From positions 1,860,001 through 1,924,000 of the forward strand of contig NW_026889803.1 in assembly GCF_033153115.1 (NCBI RefSeq): 64,000 nt of DNA. Direction: 5' to 3'. The notes under the pieces are model-generated. The model did no database searches. It saw only the letters and a program-made list of their open reading frames with translations, and was not told the DNA's origin. Position numbers and translations under genes: made by a program. Position 1 is the stretch's first letter. Each line of letters starts with the position of its first letter. This document shows, piece after piece, positions 38,362 to 51,100 of the stretch. Source of the DNA: Saccostrea echinata (taxonomy: Eukaryota).

Positions 38362-40137
38362 CCTCCAAGGGGAGATAATTACGAAATAGCCAAAAATTAA
38401 TGGCATTATTGAAAAATCTTCTGAAGAACCAATGGGCCAGGAAAGATGAAACTCATGTGGAATTATTGTTTGGTAGTGTAGACTCAAATTTGTTCAAATC
38501 ATGACCCCCGGGGGTAGGGTGGGGCCACAAAGGACGATCAAAGTTTTACATAAGGATATATAGGAAAAATCTTTAAAAATCATCTTCTCAAGAACAGCAA
38601 AGCTATGATTGGTCATATTTATATGGAAGCATCCTCAGGTGGTGTAGATTCAAGTTTGTTCAAATCATGACCCCCAGGGGTAGGGTGGGGTCACAATGGA
38701 CGATCAAAGTTTAACATAGGTGTATATAGGAAAAATCTTCAAAAATCTTCTTCTCAAGAACAGCAAAGCTATGTTTGGTCATATTTATATGGAAGCATCC
38801 TCAGGTGATGTAGGTTCAAGTTTGTTCAAATCATGACCCCTGGGGGTAGGGTGGGGCCACAATGGAAGATTAAAGTTTTAATTAACATAGGAGTATATAG
38901 AAAAAATCTTCAAAAATCTTCTTCCTAAGAACAGCAAAGCTATGATTGGTCATATTTATATGGAAGCATCTTCAGGTGATGTATGTTCAAGTTTGTTTAA
39001 ATCATGACCCCTGGGGGTAGGGTGGGGTCACAATGGAAGATTAAAGTTTTAATTAACATAGGAGTATATCTGAAAAATCTTCAAAAATCTTCTTCTCAAG
39101 AACAGCAAAGCTATGATTGGTAATATTTATATGGAAGCATCTGCAGGTGGTGTAGATTCAAATTTGTTCAAATCATGATCCCCGGGGGTTGGTTGGGGCC
39201 ACAATGGACGATCAAAGTTTAACATAGGAGTATATCGGAAAAATCCTCAAAAATCTTCTTCTCGAGAACAGCAAACTTATAATTGGTCATATTTATTTGG
39301 AAGCATCCTCAGGTGGTGTAGATTCAAATTTGTTCAAATCATGACCCCCGGGGGTAGGGTGGGGCCACAATGGACGATCAAAGAATTACGTAGCAATATA
39401 TAGGAAAAATCTTCAAAAATCTTCTTCTCAAGAACAGCAAAGCTATGATTGGTCATATTTAAATGGAAGCATCCTCAGGTGGTTTAGATTCAAGTTTGTT
39501 CATATCATGACCTCCAGGGGTAGGGTGGGGCCACAGTGAAAGTTCAAACTTGTAGAGAAAAAAGTCAGTTAGTCAAAAAATCATGTAAGCATACTTAGTT
39601 AGTGTAGATTTAATTTTGTTCAAATCATACCCCCCACTCCCTTTTAGGGGAAGGTTGGGACCACTTATGCATTTAAGCTTTTCAATACTAAACAGATTTT
39701 TCCTCTTTTCCTAGCCACAGTGCTCAGGTGAGCGATGTGGCCCCAGGGCCTCTTGTTTGCGATTTGTTTCCAGTGTCTGCTGGGCATTTTTGCAGTTTCT
39801 GTTTGAAGAGCAATACCACTGATAAGGATTGGTTAATGTTGGATTCTATTTTTTGACCAAAATTGAATTATTAGACAAAATGAAAAAAATCCCTATTCAT
39901 GAGTAGTACATGTATTACGTGTACAAATAACTAAGGATGTATTATTTAAATGATGAAGTAAACCTATGCATCATGTACAAGATTCATTTTTACCTCTTTA
40001 ATAACATTCATTTTTTGCGAGCTAAATAATTTTTAATTGCACTCTTTTTAATTTGTTTTTACAGTTTCACTATGCTAGACATAGACAGCCACCTTGCTAC
40101 TTGCCTTTCCTCCACAGATGATGATGTGAACTGGTGA
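33057..40137 (+). CDS. FAAP20: FAAP20-like protein with C-terminal UBZ2 ubiquitin-binding zinc finger
   Basis: Exons 33057-33190, an unresolved intermediate exon, 34257-34367, 35479-35645 and 40065-40137. The spliced end CPMCGKAFDPSFTMLDIDSHLATCLSSTDDDVNW* resembles the FAAP20 C-terminus including the terminal Trp. AATAAA at about 40204. Confidence 0.7.
34585..35156. mobile_element. Two head-to-head miniature LTR retroelements with tRNA-like LTRs (TRIM/Ajax-like)
   Basis: Plus copy: LTR 34821-34929 (TG..GTTACA), PBS tggtgccatgac at 34932, PPT aaggagggaggaa and LTR 35034-35156. A/B-box-like motifs lie inside the LTRs. An inverted PBS-internal-PPT-LTR copy lies at about 34585-34812. Confidence 0.75.
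35681..37864. mobile_element. Nested cluster: Tc1/mariner-like MITE > Helentron-type element (about 35801-37826) > Helentron-type element (about 36269-37702)
   Basis: Outer ta-caattgaac...gtttgactg-ta. The middle element has a ccccc..ggggg hairpin and a gtgagctcaatgctcac..tagttt end. The inner element is described in the next feature. Confidence 0.6.
36269..37702 (+). mobile_element. Helentron-type element with a tandem array of about 167 bp (Cg170/BIV160-like satellite units)
   Basis: tttttagctcacctga start, gtcc/gtct tract, units with aaatcatgacccc..gggtggggccacaatg, and end gcgatgtggcccatgggcctcttgt. Confidence 0.88.
38146..39757 (+). mobile_element. Helentron-type element with a tandem array of about 166-170 bp (about 7 units)
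   Basis: Same termini and units as 36269-37702, with a (gtc/gtt)n microsatellite. Confidence 0.88.
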
Positions 40138-40689
40138 TTAACATCTCCACTTCAGCCAATCTTACCCTAAAGTGTTCATTTTTTATGTTTAAAAAAAAAT
40201 ATTAATAAAAACAGAAATTAGCCAAATGTGTTTTAACTTTTAAGTGAATATAAGACAATGCAAATGCATGTAAAGTCTTTCATTCATTTACATATAATGT
40301 TAGTATATGATGACTATAGGTGTGTACCTGGAGAGTTCACAAATTGATACCTTTCATTCTTTAACATTACGAAAAAATTAAGATAGTGGTCATAAAAATG
40401 TTTATTAACTGATCATGTGTTCTCTGTCACTATCATTTTTTTCAGACTAAAATATTGTGTTTGGTCTCAAGTGCAAATTTTATTGCCTAAAAACCAAAGC
40501 TGTTCTAGCAACAGAAGACACATTATTTAGACTCCTTGATACCAAAACAATTCCTCCTAAGCTCTGTCATCAGAGTAAGACTATTTTATAGAATCCTTGA
40601 AGTTACTGCACTGAAACTAAAATTCTCTTTGCTGCAATAGAAACCATGTTCTGTGACTCCAATAGCAATTACAGACAACTAAGCTCTCC

Positions 40690-40914
40690 AAAGGTGGATC
40701 CAGCGCCGGGTGTGCCCCCCCTCCCCCCGTTTGAATTTTTTTTTTTTTTAAATTTTGTTTGTATTATCCTAAAATCAAGGAAAAAACACCTCTTATTTGT
40801 TAGAATTCGGACCCCACCAGGGCTTTACCCTGGACCCACTGGGGGCTTCAATGCAGCCCCCAGACCCCCTGCCTTCTACTGCGCCCCCGCTATGAAATTC
40901 CTGGATCCGCCACT
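40690..40914. mobile_element. Small MITE (GGCGGATCCAG-type TIR)
   Basis: ggtggatccag ... ctggatccgccactg inverted ends with a GC-rich body. Confidence 0.65.
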
Positions 40915-42464
40915 GCTCTCCGTCTGGCCTGGAGAAGCTATGAACATCCCATCCAAACTGTTGTCAACTTCGTGATTGAAGCCATGTTTTTATCTTTGCA
41001 AGAGAAGCTACAACCTTTGACCCACCCCAACCATAGTCTTCTCATCAGACCAGCTCATGGTACAAATAAGTAGCTGCAGATCTGTAGCTCCCTGGTCTGA
41101 AAAAAAAAATTGGGATGGGCAACCAGAGAGCTATAGTGCCACCCATTGAAAAAAAAGTGTATTATATTGCACACAAAAAAATTCTCTGCTTCTTGATTAA
41201 TTTCTTTGTATTTTTAAGCTGCCATCTCAAAACATTACTAACCACATGTTCCTAGCATATTCATTCACTAATTCTACTAAAAACATTCCCAAAAATTGTT
41301 GTTAATAGCCAATTTTGGCCTGAAATTGAGATCATCAAAAATTTCACTTGTTAATCTACCATTTTGGGTGGCAAGACAATCAGTCCAACACGCTTCGTGC
41401 ATGACATATATGTACATCCAATTTGTTGTTGAGTGAAAGAATATATTACAAACACATGGCAATATTTTGAAATATACAGGCTGGGTTCAAATCCTGATCT
41501 GGTCCATCGCATTTTTCACCTCTCCTGTTGCAATTTTATCAAAGTCCTAGTGTTTCTAAGTACATGTAACAAATTTAAGGGCAAAACCTTCTAATGATTA
41601 TGTCCAACAAAGTTTAGTTCAAACTTAGTATTATGTTTGCCCCTGACTAGTAGATGACCTATTGTTTTCACTATCAGTATAGCAGTATAGAAGTCAGTAA
41701 AGCATTTCTAATTAAAGTGAATTCTTTATGCTGCCCCCTCTTCTACCAGCAGTATTATATCTACTCGAAGTGGAGGAGACATTGGCATGATTATCTCCTA
41801 TAAAATCATAACCAGGCTGTAAGTCGAGAAACCTGGAATGAAATGACAGTAAAGTGAATGAATGTGGAAGACACATTTTGACAAAAAAACCAATATTCAA
41901 GTTGTATTTGGATATACCAATATGTATATGGTGATTATATCACCATGCTATCAAACACAATCCATTTTCCTCTAGCAGAATAAATTCAAATTGTCTGCTT
42001 GTAATGTAATGATCAGTCCTCATATTTTCATAACAAGGTTTAATCAAAGTAGCATTACATTATTTATCCATAACTTTCCTTTGACATTTAAAAATATAAA
42101 ACAAAAGAAACAAAATCACTTTTTTGTACCCTACCTAAAAAATATCAACAAACACAACAAAAACCAAAATAGTTCTGGAGTGATATATTTTAAGACAAAG
42201 TAAAAGTCCATATAAATATTTCTTTTGAACTGCCTCTGACTCTGTAACACCCAGTGTTAATCGAGAGATTCAGATTTATCTATCAAAAATTCATTCCAAT
42301 TAACAGTGATATTAATAGAAATATCTGTATGTACACAATTTGAGCTGATGAAGAATAAACAAGAAAACAATTTTTTGAATACATACAGTGTATACTAAAT
42401 TCTGATTGCATCAAATAATATCAAAACACAGGAATGTTTGTTAGTGCTAAGCTTGAGAGTTAGA

Positions 42465-45400
42465 TCAGGAGCATTTCCAAGCAGAAACATCAAGTCTGTC
42501 GAGCTGTTTAACTTTTCTGTATCTCCATATGTACCACAGGAATCCTACAGCTATCAGAAGAATAGACTCTATATAATATCCATCTATATTGGTCTCACAT
42601 ACACCACCATGCTGTGTACATTGCTGGAATGATAATAATAGATATGAGAAACTTTGGGCTACTAGCTCTGTCTGTAGAGAGGGTATAGAATACTACGGTA
42701 TTGTCTGGCTTGCTTATACTGAACCAGTTTTCTATTGTGACCATGAAGTTTAATAATGATCTATTTACTCCCCCCTTTGTTAAGTTCCCAATGACAACTG
42801 AGTTTGATTTCAACATCTGTTTATAGTTAAGCATGTGACTGAATGACTTATCAAATCGTCACCAAACAACATACATGTACATTGTACATGTACTAGTGAT
42901 TGTTGCCAAAAAATGTAGTCACATTTGTTGTAACAGTTAATTGTTTCTGGCTCACCTCTTCTAGTGGTGCTGATTTCTCACAACTCCCCATTGCTCCAAT
43001 ACAACTCTTCCATGTCAAGCCATCCACTAACCACAGTGCCATTGTACTAGGCCAGTTACCACCTAAAAAAGTAACTAAATGTTAAAACAACAAATACATG
43101 TCCTTGATATTTGTTCTCCTCATTCTTTAATATTTGCAAGAAGGCATTAAGAAAAGATTTATTTTCAATAGTTATTAAATATTAGCTTTGATGAATAACT
43201 TTGACCCATTAGAACATATATATTTTATATAAAATAAATATGACTCTTAAAATGATAATACATGTATAATGCACATAAGAAACTATTGATGCTCCAAAAT
43301 TCAGTGCATATTTTACCTAGATTGGATAGGGTGTTGAGCAGTGTCATGTATGTGCCTCCTATGGCAGGGTCACTGATTTTAGCATGAAAAGCCATGCCCG
43401 ATACAAACATGCTATACAATGTCACCTGTAATAAATATATATCATTTGCATTTGAAAAAAAAAACATATACAGATACAAAACTTGAGACACATGTATGAT
43501 GAAATACAAATTAAATTCTGTTAAAACAGTGAGAAAATTTGTAATATAAAGAAATTTTACAGTACTCACCTGATGTACAGCATAAACAATTAATATGAAT
43601 ACATAAAATGAGATGGGGAAAACTCCAGGACTAGGCTGTACCCTGGATGCCATCCACACCATGAAAGCATACACCAGTCCTAGGAGTAATCTGTCAATAA
43701 CAAGACCAACAAATCTCAGTAAAATATAATAACAATGAACACGCTTATAATGAGTTACAGCAAAGTGGTTTTTATTCTCTGTGGTTAAAAAAAAATTATG
43801 AATTTAATGGATATTATGTTTATACTGAATCAAAATTTGTTTGTGCTTGGCACTTTGCTATAAGCAAGTTTTTTTAGGATGCTTTATATATGCAAGAGAT
43901 CAAGGGGAAAAAAATATTTTTGCCAAATTGTACTCAAAGACATCCTAAGTTGACATTACCTAAATGGCATTGCACGCAGAAACACATCCATGGGAGTTTT
44001 GCTGGCCGTGTATTTACTGATGATCAGTGGTAGAATGATCTGAATAGGAATCATGGGAACTGCAAACAGAGCTAACGTCTCCTTTTTCATTCCAGCCTCA
44101 ATCAACTTCAGACCTGTTAGTGAATCAGCAGCAGCAAATCCTATCTGTTCAAAAAGTAATATATTTCACGTATATCTTATCTTATATCAAATGATGTTCA
44201 CACCATATTTTTAAACATTTATATTTAAAATAAGAATGAAATAAACAGACTTCAAATTGTGAGATTTACATGAAACAATTGAGTTTGCAAAAGTTGAAGT
44301 TTCACTATAAATACCTTGACTGTTAGAAGGATGATGGCATAAGAGATGATAGGAGGTAAGCGAATGACCTTGATCAGCTGTTTGTATGTGTCGATGATAC
44401 CTTGTTCACTGTCCGCATCAGGGTCATCAGTTTCATGTTTCATAATCATAACCAGGGTAGTTGTTACAAAGAAAACGATGCCCCAGAAGAACATAAATCC
44501 TACAAATTTTGAAAGTAAGCAGTTGATTAGAAATGATCAATTAGACAATGAATACTTCTAGCGGATGCAACATCTTATGTTACTATTTGCTTACCAGCAA
44601 GGGTAACAACTCCAGTTTCCTGAGGTTCACTTCTCAGGTACTTGTTACAAAAATCTGCTGACTCCAAGGCTAAGAATAGAATGTTTCCCAGAAAATACCC
44701 TGCAGTTTGTCCAACAGTATTACATGTGCTTGCCCAGCCAACATTTCTCCTAGAAAATTTATATTAATTGTAAATTCATTTTAAAATCAAAAACTGTAAT
44801 TTTTGTCATTTTATCACAAATATTCTAACATTTAATCAATATTAAAATTATGTGCTTGTAAAGAACAACAGATCCTATTGACATTGTGAAAAAAAAAACA
44901 CTGAAAAACTCTTGATAACTTACTTAGATAGCATCGTTAAGGCCCAGCCATCAACTGCTATGTCTTGAGTGGCAGCCAGAAAATTCAGCATGAAGAAAAT
45001 AGCTGTAAGCATGTATATACTCACTCCACCACCACTTTTCTCGCTGCCTATCAAAGAGTCTACTTTATATGATAATAACATCATGAATACACCAATCAGA
45101 TACTGAATTGGAACCAGCCAACTCTTCCTTCTTCCAAAAGATGGAAGATACATTGAATCCACAAGTGGTGCCCATATCAATTTAATGCTGAATGGCCAAA
45201 ATACAAAACTGAACACAGCTTGTTCTTTATAACTAACATCTCGGCTTTGCAGCAGCATAGGAACACTGCCTGCTACTCCGAGAGGTATACCCTGAAGTAC
45301 ATATAAAAACAGTAGCAAAGCTACATTGCCATAGTCTCCTTCTAAACCTCTTGGGTTGTCTTGCGTTCCCCCAGATGAAATGGGAACATGCGGAAATGAA

Positions 45401-45513
45401 TCCTCCCCTATATCCCTTTCCACATAAGAGTGCCTGGCTGACTGAGGTCGTCTTGAGGTCATGTTGGTTATTTTGACTAGTGATGATAGATTTCCAAGGA
45501 TATTCTTCAACAT
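42465..45513 (-). CDS. SLC33A1: Acetyl-CoA transporter 1 (AT-1, MFS)
   Basis: Exons 45513(or 45462)-44924, 44749-44595, 44499-44315, 44144-43960, 43690-43570, 43425-43317, 43062-42956 and 42623-42465. Motifs LYVLQGIPLG, FGRRKSWLVP, AATQDIAVDGWALTML, GGTYMTLLNT and DGYYIES. Confidence 0.95.
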
Positions 45514-47177
45514 AAATTCTTCATTCTATTGGTTTTTCATTATTCATCCCTGAAAAAAGCAGAGAGTATCCTTAAAAATTGAAATAATAGAAACCTGATC
45601 TGAAAGAAGCATTTCTTCATATTTCAAGAGATATGATCCCCACTATACACTGTCACTTTTAATGAAAAGATGAATTAATTAATTCCAATTTCTGTAACAA
45701 CAAAAAATGTAAAGAGAATATGCAGACCCGTACTCTTGACCAGTATAACTATAAATAACACATGTGCATCTGTAAATTGAAATGCTGAATTTTTCTGAAT
45801 AACACATTCCTCCCTAGTTAGAATAATCTAACCGTGTCTTGGGACAAGCCCTCACCACAGTTAGAATACGTCACATATACTTGCAATGTAGCAAATCGGA
45901 GTGGATCCACTCCAAAATGATTTTGAAGTATACAAAAGGAGTTGCACTGAAAATAACTACCAAATTAATCATAACAAACGTTTTTGAGATTGTATATGCC
46001 TTTTAACTAAAAAAAATAATCCATACAAAGATGAAAATTCAACTCATTTTCTCAATGTTTTTTCTCGCTTCAAATTTACACGCTATGTTGACACTTGGAA
46101 CTCTCCAGATTGATCACAGTAAATGCACTGAGTTCGAGTTATCACCCATGTTTATTTTGCTACATTGCCAATACACGGAACAAATTCTATTTTTAAACCG
46201 GGTCCGTAGGACAATATCATTTTAACGATAGAACGTTCTATCAAATTCCTCCCATCTTAATTGTCTTTATTCCTGAATCCTGATGACAGCAACCCTTTCC
46301 CAAGTAGGACAGATCTTTTCTGAACCAGGATGGTTTATACTGCATGAAATGTAACAGGTATGGAACATGCAAAACACCAGAGATTTGAATCTGCACCTAA
46401 AACTCTAAGCATAAATGAGAAGATAAACCTCAAACAAAACAAAATAGTTATAGAATTATACCCAAATATCATACATGTGCACTATATTTAAACTGTTATC
46501 AATAAAATAACGTTAAAATCCTTGTACTCCAGTCAGTGAATACAAAATCAACAACGGTTTCAAAATAAACCATATGCCACTATCTCGTTTTGCAAGTGTA
46601 AGGAGGTGCTCAGTTCGTAATTCAGAACAACATCTTCTTTTCACCCATTGTTCAACATTACCTTGAAATTAGATATCATTACCTCTTAAAAGTGTATCTA
46701 TACTTTCTTGGAACCATCTGTTGTTTAAAAACAAAAAACGCTGTAAATCGACGTGGCGAAACACGATTGTTTACTTCTCACAGGAAGTTAAACGTGCGAT
46801 TTATACAAGTAGTACATAGGAAAGTCCTGATGAAGATCAAAATGCCATATATAGAGTATTTATTATTTAGTTTTGAAAAATTAATATTACTGAAATTAAG
46901 AAAAATTTAATGGAAAGATTTCCAACAGTGATCCCAGTGGAAAAAGTATCAAAATAGAATATGCAGAATTGAGTAAAACTGAGTAAGACTTAATGTCAGC
47001 CTAAAAGTGAAACCAAAAGTAGAGATATGCTGCTGAAACGCAAAAACTGGTATTATCATGTTTCCACTCTTTATTTCTTGCATATGCTGTAGATCGGGCA
47101 TTGATTTTCTAAATTTTTTTTGTTTCTCTCATGTGCTTCAGTGAGTGATAGTCAGTGAGTGATATCCAATCACGCAG

Positions 47178-47295
47178 CACAGGAGTCGGCAGTTTTATCC
47201 ATAAAACAACGTAAACAACAACCAGAGAGCTTCGCGAGCGAAGCTCACTGGTTGTTGTTTACGTTGTTTTATGGATAAAACTGCCGACTCCTGTG
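47178..47295. mobile_element. 118-bp near-perfect hairpin MITE with 7-bp TSD (P-element-like ends)
   Basis: Palindrome CACAGGAG...CTCCTGTG. cacgcag is duplicated at 47171-47177 and 47296-47302. Confidence 0.9.
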
Positions 47296-48199
47296 CACGC
47301 AGAGATGTCAGAAGTAGAGGCTTGTTTTCCTCTTATACAAAAACAGAATTCATAATACATCCACTAACGAAATGAACAACGACATCGAGTTCTGAGTTGT
47401 TGTCAGTAAATTCACTCATGCATGTAAAGTACTCAAACACAAAGAAATCGATAAAAATGCATGTCGTGTGAGGAGACGTTCTTTTATTCTGCCTTTTTGA
47501 TACCTGAGTACTTTTCATGCACGAGTGAATACACTGACCACAACTCATAATTCGACTTTTAAATTTAATTTTTTAAGATTTTTTTTTGTATTTTCATTAC
47601 ATAAAATACCTTGATCAAGGTATTTTTAATACCTTGATAAAGCTATATAGCTACATACCTTTATCAGGGTATTGTGCTGGACCTGATTATGTTACATCAC
47701 ATCTTGACATTTATGTCTGCAGTTATGTCTACAGCTGTCTCTGAAGCCCCAGATGTTTTTTATTTTACAAGTTATATTTTATATATTATAAGTATCCATT
47801 GCTGATGTGTTTCAGTGCACTTCCTATTTTTTGTTTTGATCAGTTAGATATTTAGGGTTTCTCATAGCAAAGCCTGGACACTGCAATTCTTTCTATAACA
47901 TTGGGGGGTAACCATCCCTTATTCCTCCTTTAGCACCAAATAAAATTTAATGAGACTTTCTCAGAATAATTATTAGTGCCATTGTGCATCTCATTTTTAA
48001 TGTTCTGATCAGACAGATATTTTGGGTTTCCCATAGCAAAAAATGGGCCTTGCCATTATACACGTACTCGTATAGGAGTAGGGTGGGGGGGTGGGTGGGG
48101 GGGATATCATTTTGTGAGCTCAGTGCTCACAGTACTTCTAGTTTAGTTTGATTTTTTTAAATAAAAAAAAATTAAGACATTCTTATTTGTAGTTGAGTG

Positions 48200-51100
48200 A
48201 TGGGAATCCGAGGCTTGTTAGGTCATTGTTTGAGGAGGAGGGATGAGTGTGCTGAGGAGGTGGACCTCGTAGCTGTGGCCAAAAGTAGAGGCGGCATTGA
48301 AATCCTGGTGGACTTTTATTCTTTTGAACACATGCTTCTTCCAAAGTTTTGGAAAGGTTTAAGCAGTCTCAGAAACAATGAATACTTAAGAATACTGGGA
48401 GGAGAATATGGATCTATGGATAATTTCATTAGAAGATTTGTTGAAATTTTCAGACAGTTAAAGATTTCTTTTGTGTTCTTCTTGGACGCTACTAAAGGAT
48501 GTTCTGATGCCAATACACAACACAAATTAGACACCTGGATGAAAAGACATCATAGGGAAGTCAGTAACTTAAATGAGGTGATAAATGTATGTAGAGGAAC
48601 AAAAGAAATGTTTGACTTGGAAGAACAGATGTTTATCAGACCCGTGTGTTTAGAAATCCAGATTGTTGAAACACTGAAATCTTGCGGATGCGAGTTAATC
48701 CAGAGTGTTACAGGGGAAGCGGATTTTATGATTGCAAAAGCTCTGCATGAACGTGAAAAAGCTTTTGTGATTTGGAGCAATGATTCAGATTTTTGTATTT
48801 TTAAGAACTGCAGATTTATCCCTAATGAACTGTTTGACTTCCTAAATAGTCTACAGTTAGGTCTTCCCATTGAAGTTCCTGTGAAACCTGAGTCAGTTAT
48901 GTGTGGCATAATCTCCACTGAAAGAGTCATGAATACATTTGGGGTTGGTAGAAATTTTAGCATTGATTTGTATGTCTTAATCTGACTCTTAGAATTTTCA
49001 TTGCTTTCTGTAACATGATGGAAGGTTACGTTTGTACAATTACCGGTAGAAGGAGACCATTAATTTTATAGTTTCAGAGTCACCATTTAATGACAGAACT
49101 GAGTATTATTGCTGGCAATGACTTCACCTCTCAATATGTTGTTGATGGATTAAACGAACAGCTAGACCTCAGGGGGAGAAAGAGTGTGGAAACTTTTGCA
49201 GAATGGGTTAACCGCTACAAAGCAATAGAAAACCATCCAATGTTATCCAGAGAAATGGTAAAACAAGCTTTCATGGTTCGAATAAACCTATGATGACTCT
49301 ATGATTTTATATATATGTAATCTGTTTAGAATGCCATTTACGGCACTTATCAAAGATAAAGTGGTATATCTATCCAATTTATTATTTGTCATTGTTACTT
49401 TTAAAAGAACAAAATATTCACTGGATTGGATTTTTTTTACTTGTAACACATATTCTAAAAGCCTAAATATGTCTCCTGTTTCATTTACAGTCTCACAATT
49501 TTGCCTTTGCCAGATCTGTGGAACATTCTAGACTGTTTTACTGCCTACAGGCAAGCCCTGAGGAGGTGGTACACAAAGGATACTTTTCAAAACTTCTAGC
49601 AGAAAAGATAACCTTAGTAAGGCCAGAAAACAGATAACTTTTTGATTCAACAATACCTATTGCTTGTACAGCCTGTCACTCTTTGTTGGAACAATAATAT
49701 TTTCTGACTTTATGTTATATAGAAATCCAGCAATGGAAGCACACTAAATACTGTACTCTTTCATAAACTCTAATTTTATTTTAGCTGAAGTATCCCACAC
49801 ATTTAATGGCCATGCATAATAATTTTTACTGGCATCGCATGCTCCAGGAGGACACCACCTATGGTCAGCCCTGTGTTGAGGTGGCTCTGGCTGATCTCAG
49901 ATCTCATGTTTACAGAAGTGTCCTTCCACGCCAAGAAAATCTTGTCAATGAGTATGGACGCAGCCCCTGGGAACCTCTTAGGATTGCAGGGGTAGGGTTT
50001 GAGTGATCGAGATGCTTGTTCTAGGGTTTCATATTTTATTTGTGGAAACAGGGTAACTTTTTAAAATTTGTTGTAACAAATTTCTAACTAACAAACAAGC
50101 AAACAAACAAAAAAAGTTTTTTTTATTTTCAAGAGTTTAGGATAGGAGACTATAAAATTGCTGCAGTACAAATGTATGGATAATATATTTTCAAAAAAAG
50201 TTATGTTATTATACACTGTATATTTAACAGATTTTAGCCATTGACGACCCAGAAATCCCACCTGTTCACAAAATTCATGAAGATAAGATATTCTGGAACC
50301 TTAACAGCTTTCATCATATCATGTCACACCTAGAACCAGGTAAAACTCAACAAAAAAACAGTCAACTCTTAATACCTGCTATACAACATTGTAAGTAAAG
50401 GTCAAACAGACAGATCAGCTTCATCTATAAGATCTTACAAAGCATGATATTATTTTCATTTGGGGTCCTTGAAAAGAAAATTTTATCCAAGATGCCTTCA
50501 TTCATATTTTACAAAAGAAAATCTACAATGGGTTTAAGGAGACTATGTCTCATTTTCAAGTATCTTTCAAGATCAATTATATGACTTTTGGTACTTTAAT
50601 TGGATTTCTAAATCATTTTCTTGAGAAAGATATTATTTAATTGTAGTGGTAAGAACAAAATGGTTTGACCGCTATGGTAGGAAGAATGGTTTCATCGTGT
50701 ACTGTTTGAGGTATTTCCTTTTGTTAACCTGGGGTCAGAATCTTCAAGTCACTCAACAGGAATTTCTAGCCTTGTGTGCTCTAGTTTTTGCTCGACCCCG
50801 GGAGGAACACTACCAACAGATCAGATTACGCCCCACCCCCAGATGTGTTACCATGGGAAATTGGTTTCTTGTAAGTATATGTATTTGTCTGAGTATTATG
50901 TACATCAGGTAATGGGCTGGTGGTGCATGCAGAAATACTGCTGGATGAATGGTTAGCTGTATTTAGATTACCGTATATACTCGCCGATAAGTTGGTTTTA
51001 TTTTTTGAGGTTATTTCAAAGGGATTTGCCATTGACCCGCTTATAAGTCAGTACAACTTTTTGTTAGGATCGGTTGACAATTTCAAATCAATGCTCTGAT

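Noticed and set aside
41712-41900. Possible alternative last exon of SLC33A1 (acceptor at 41833)
   Set aside because: It would add only 8 residues (VSRLTAWL*) in place of the conserved terminal helix, and it has no support beyond the splice motif.
47603-47672. Cluster of ataccttgat palindromes
   Set aside because: They are short and AT-rich with no clear TSD. They are probably a repair scar or MITE remnant, and no function can be supported.
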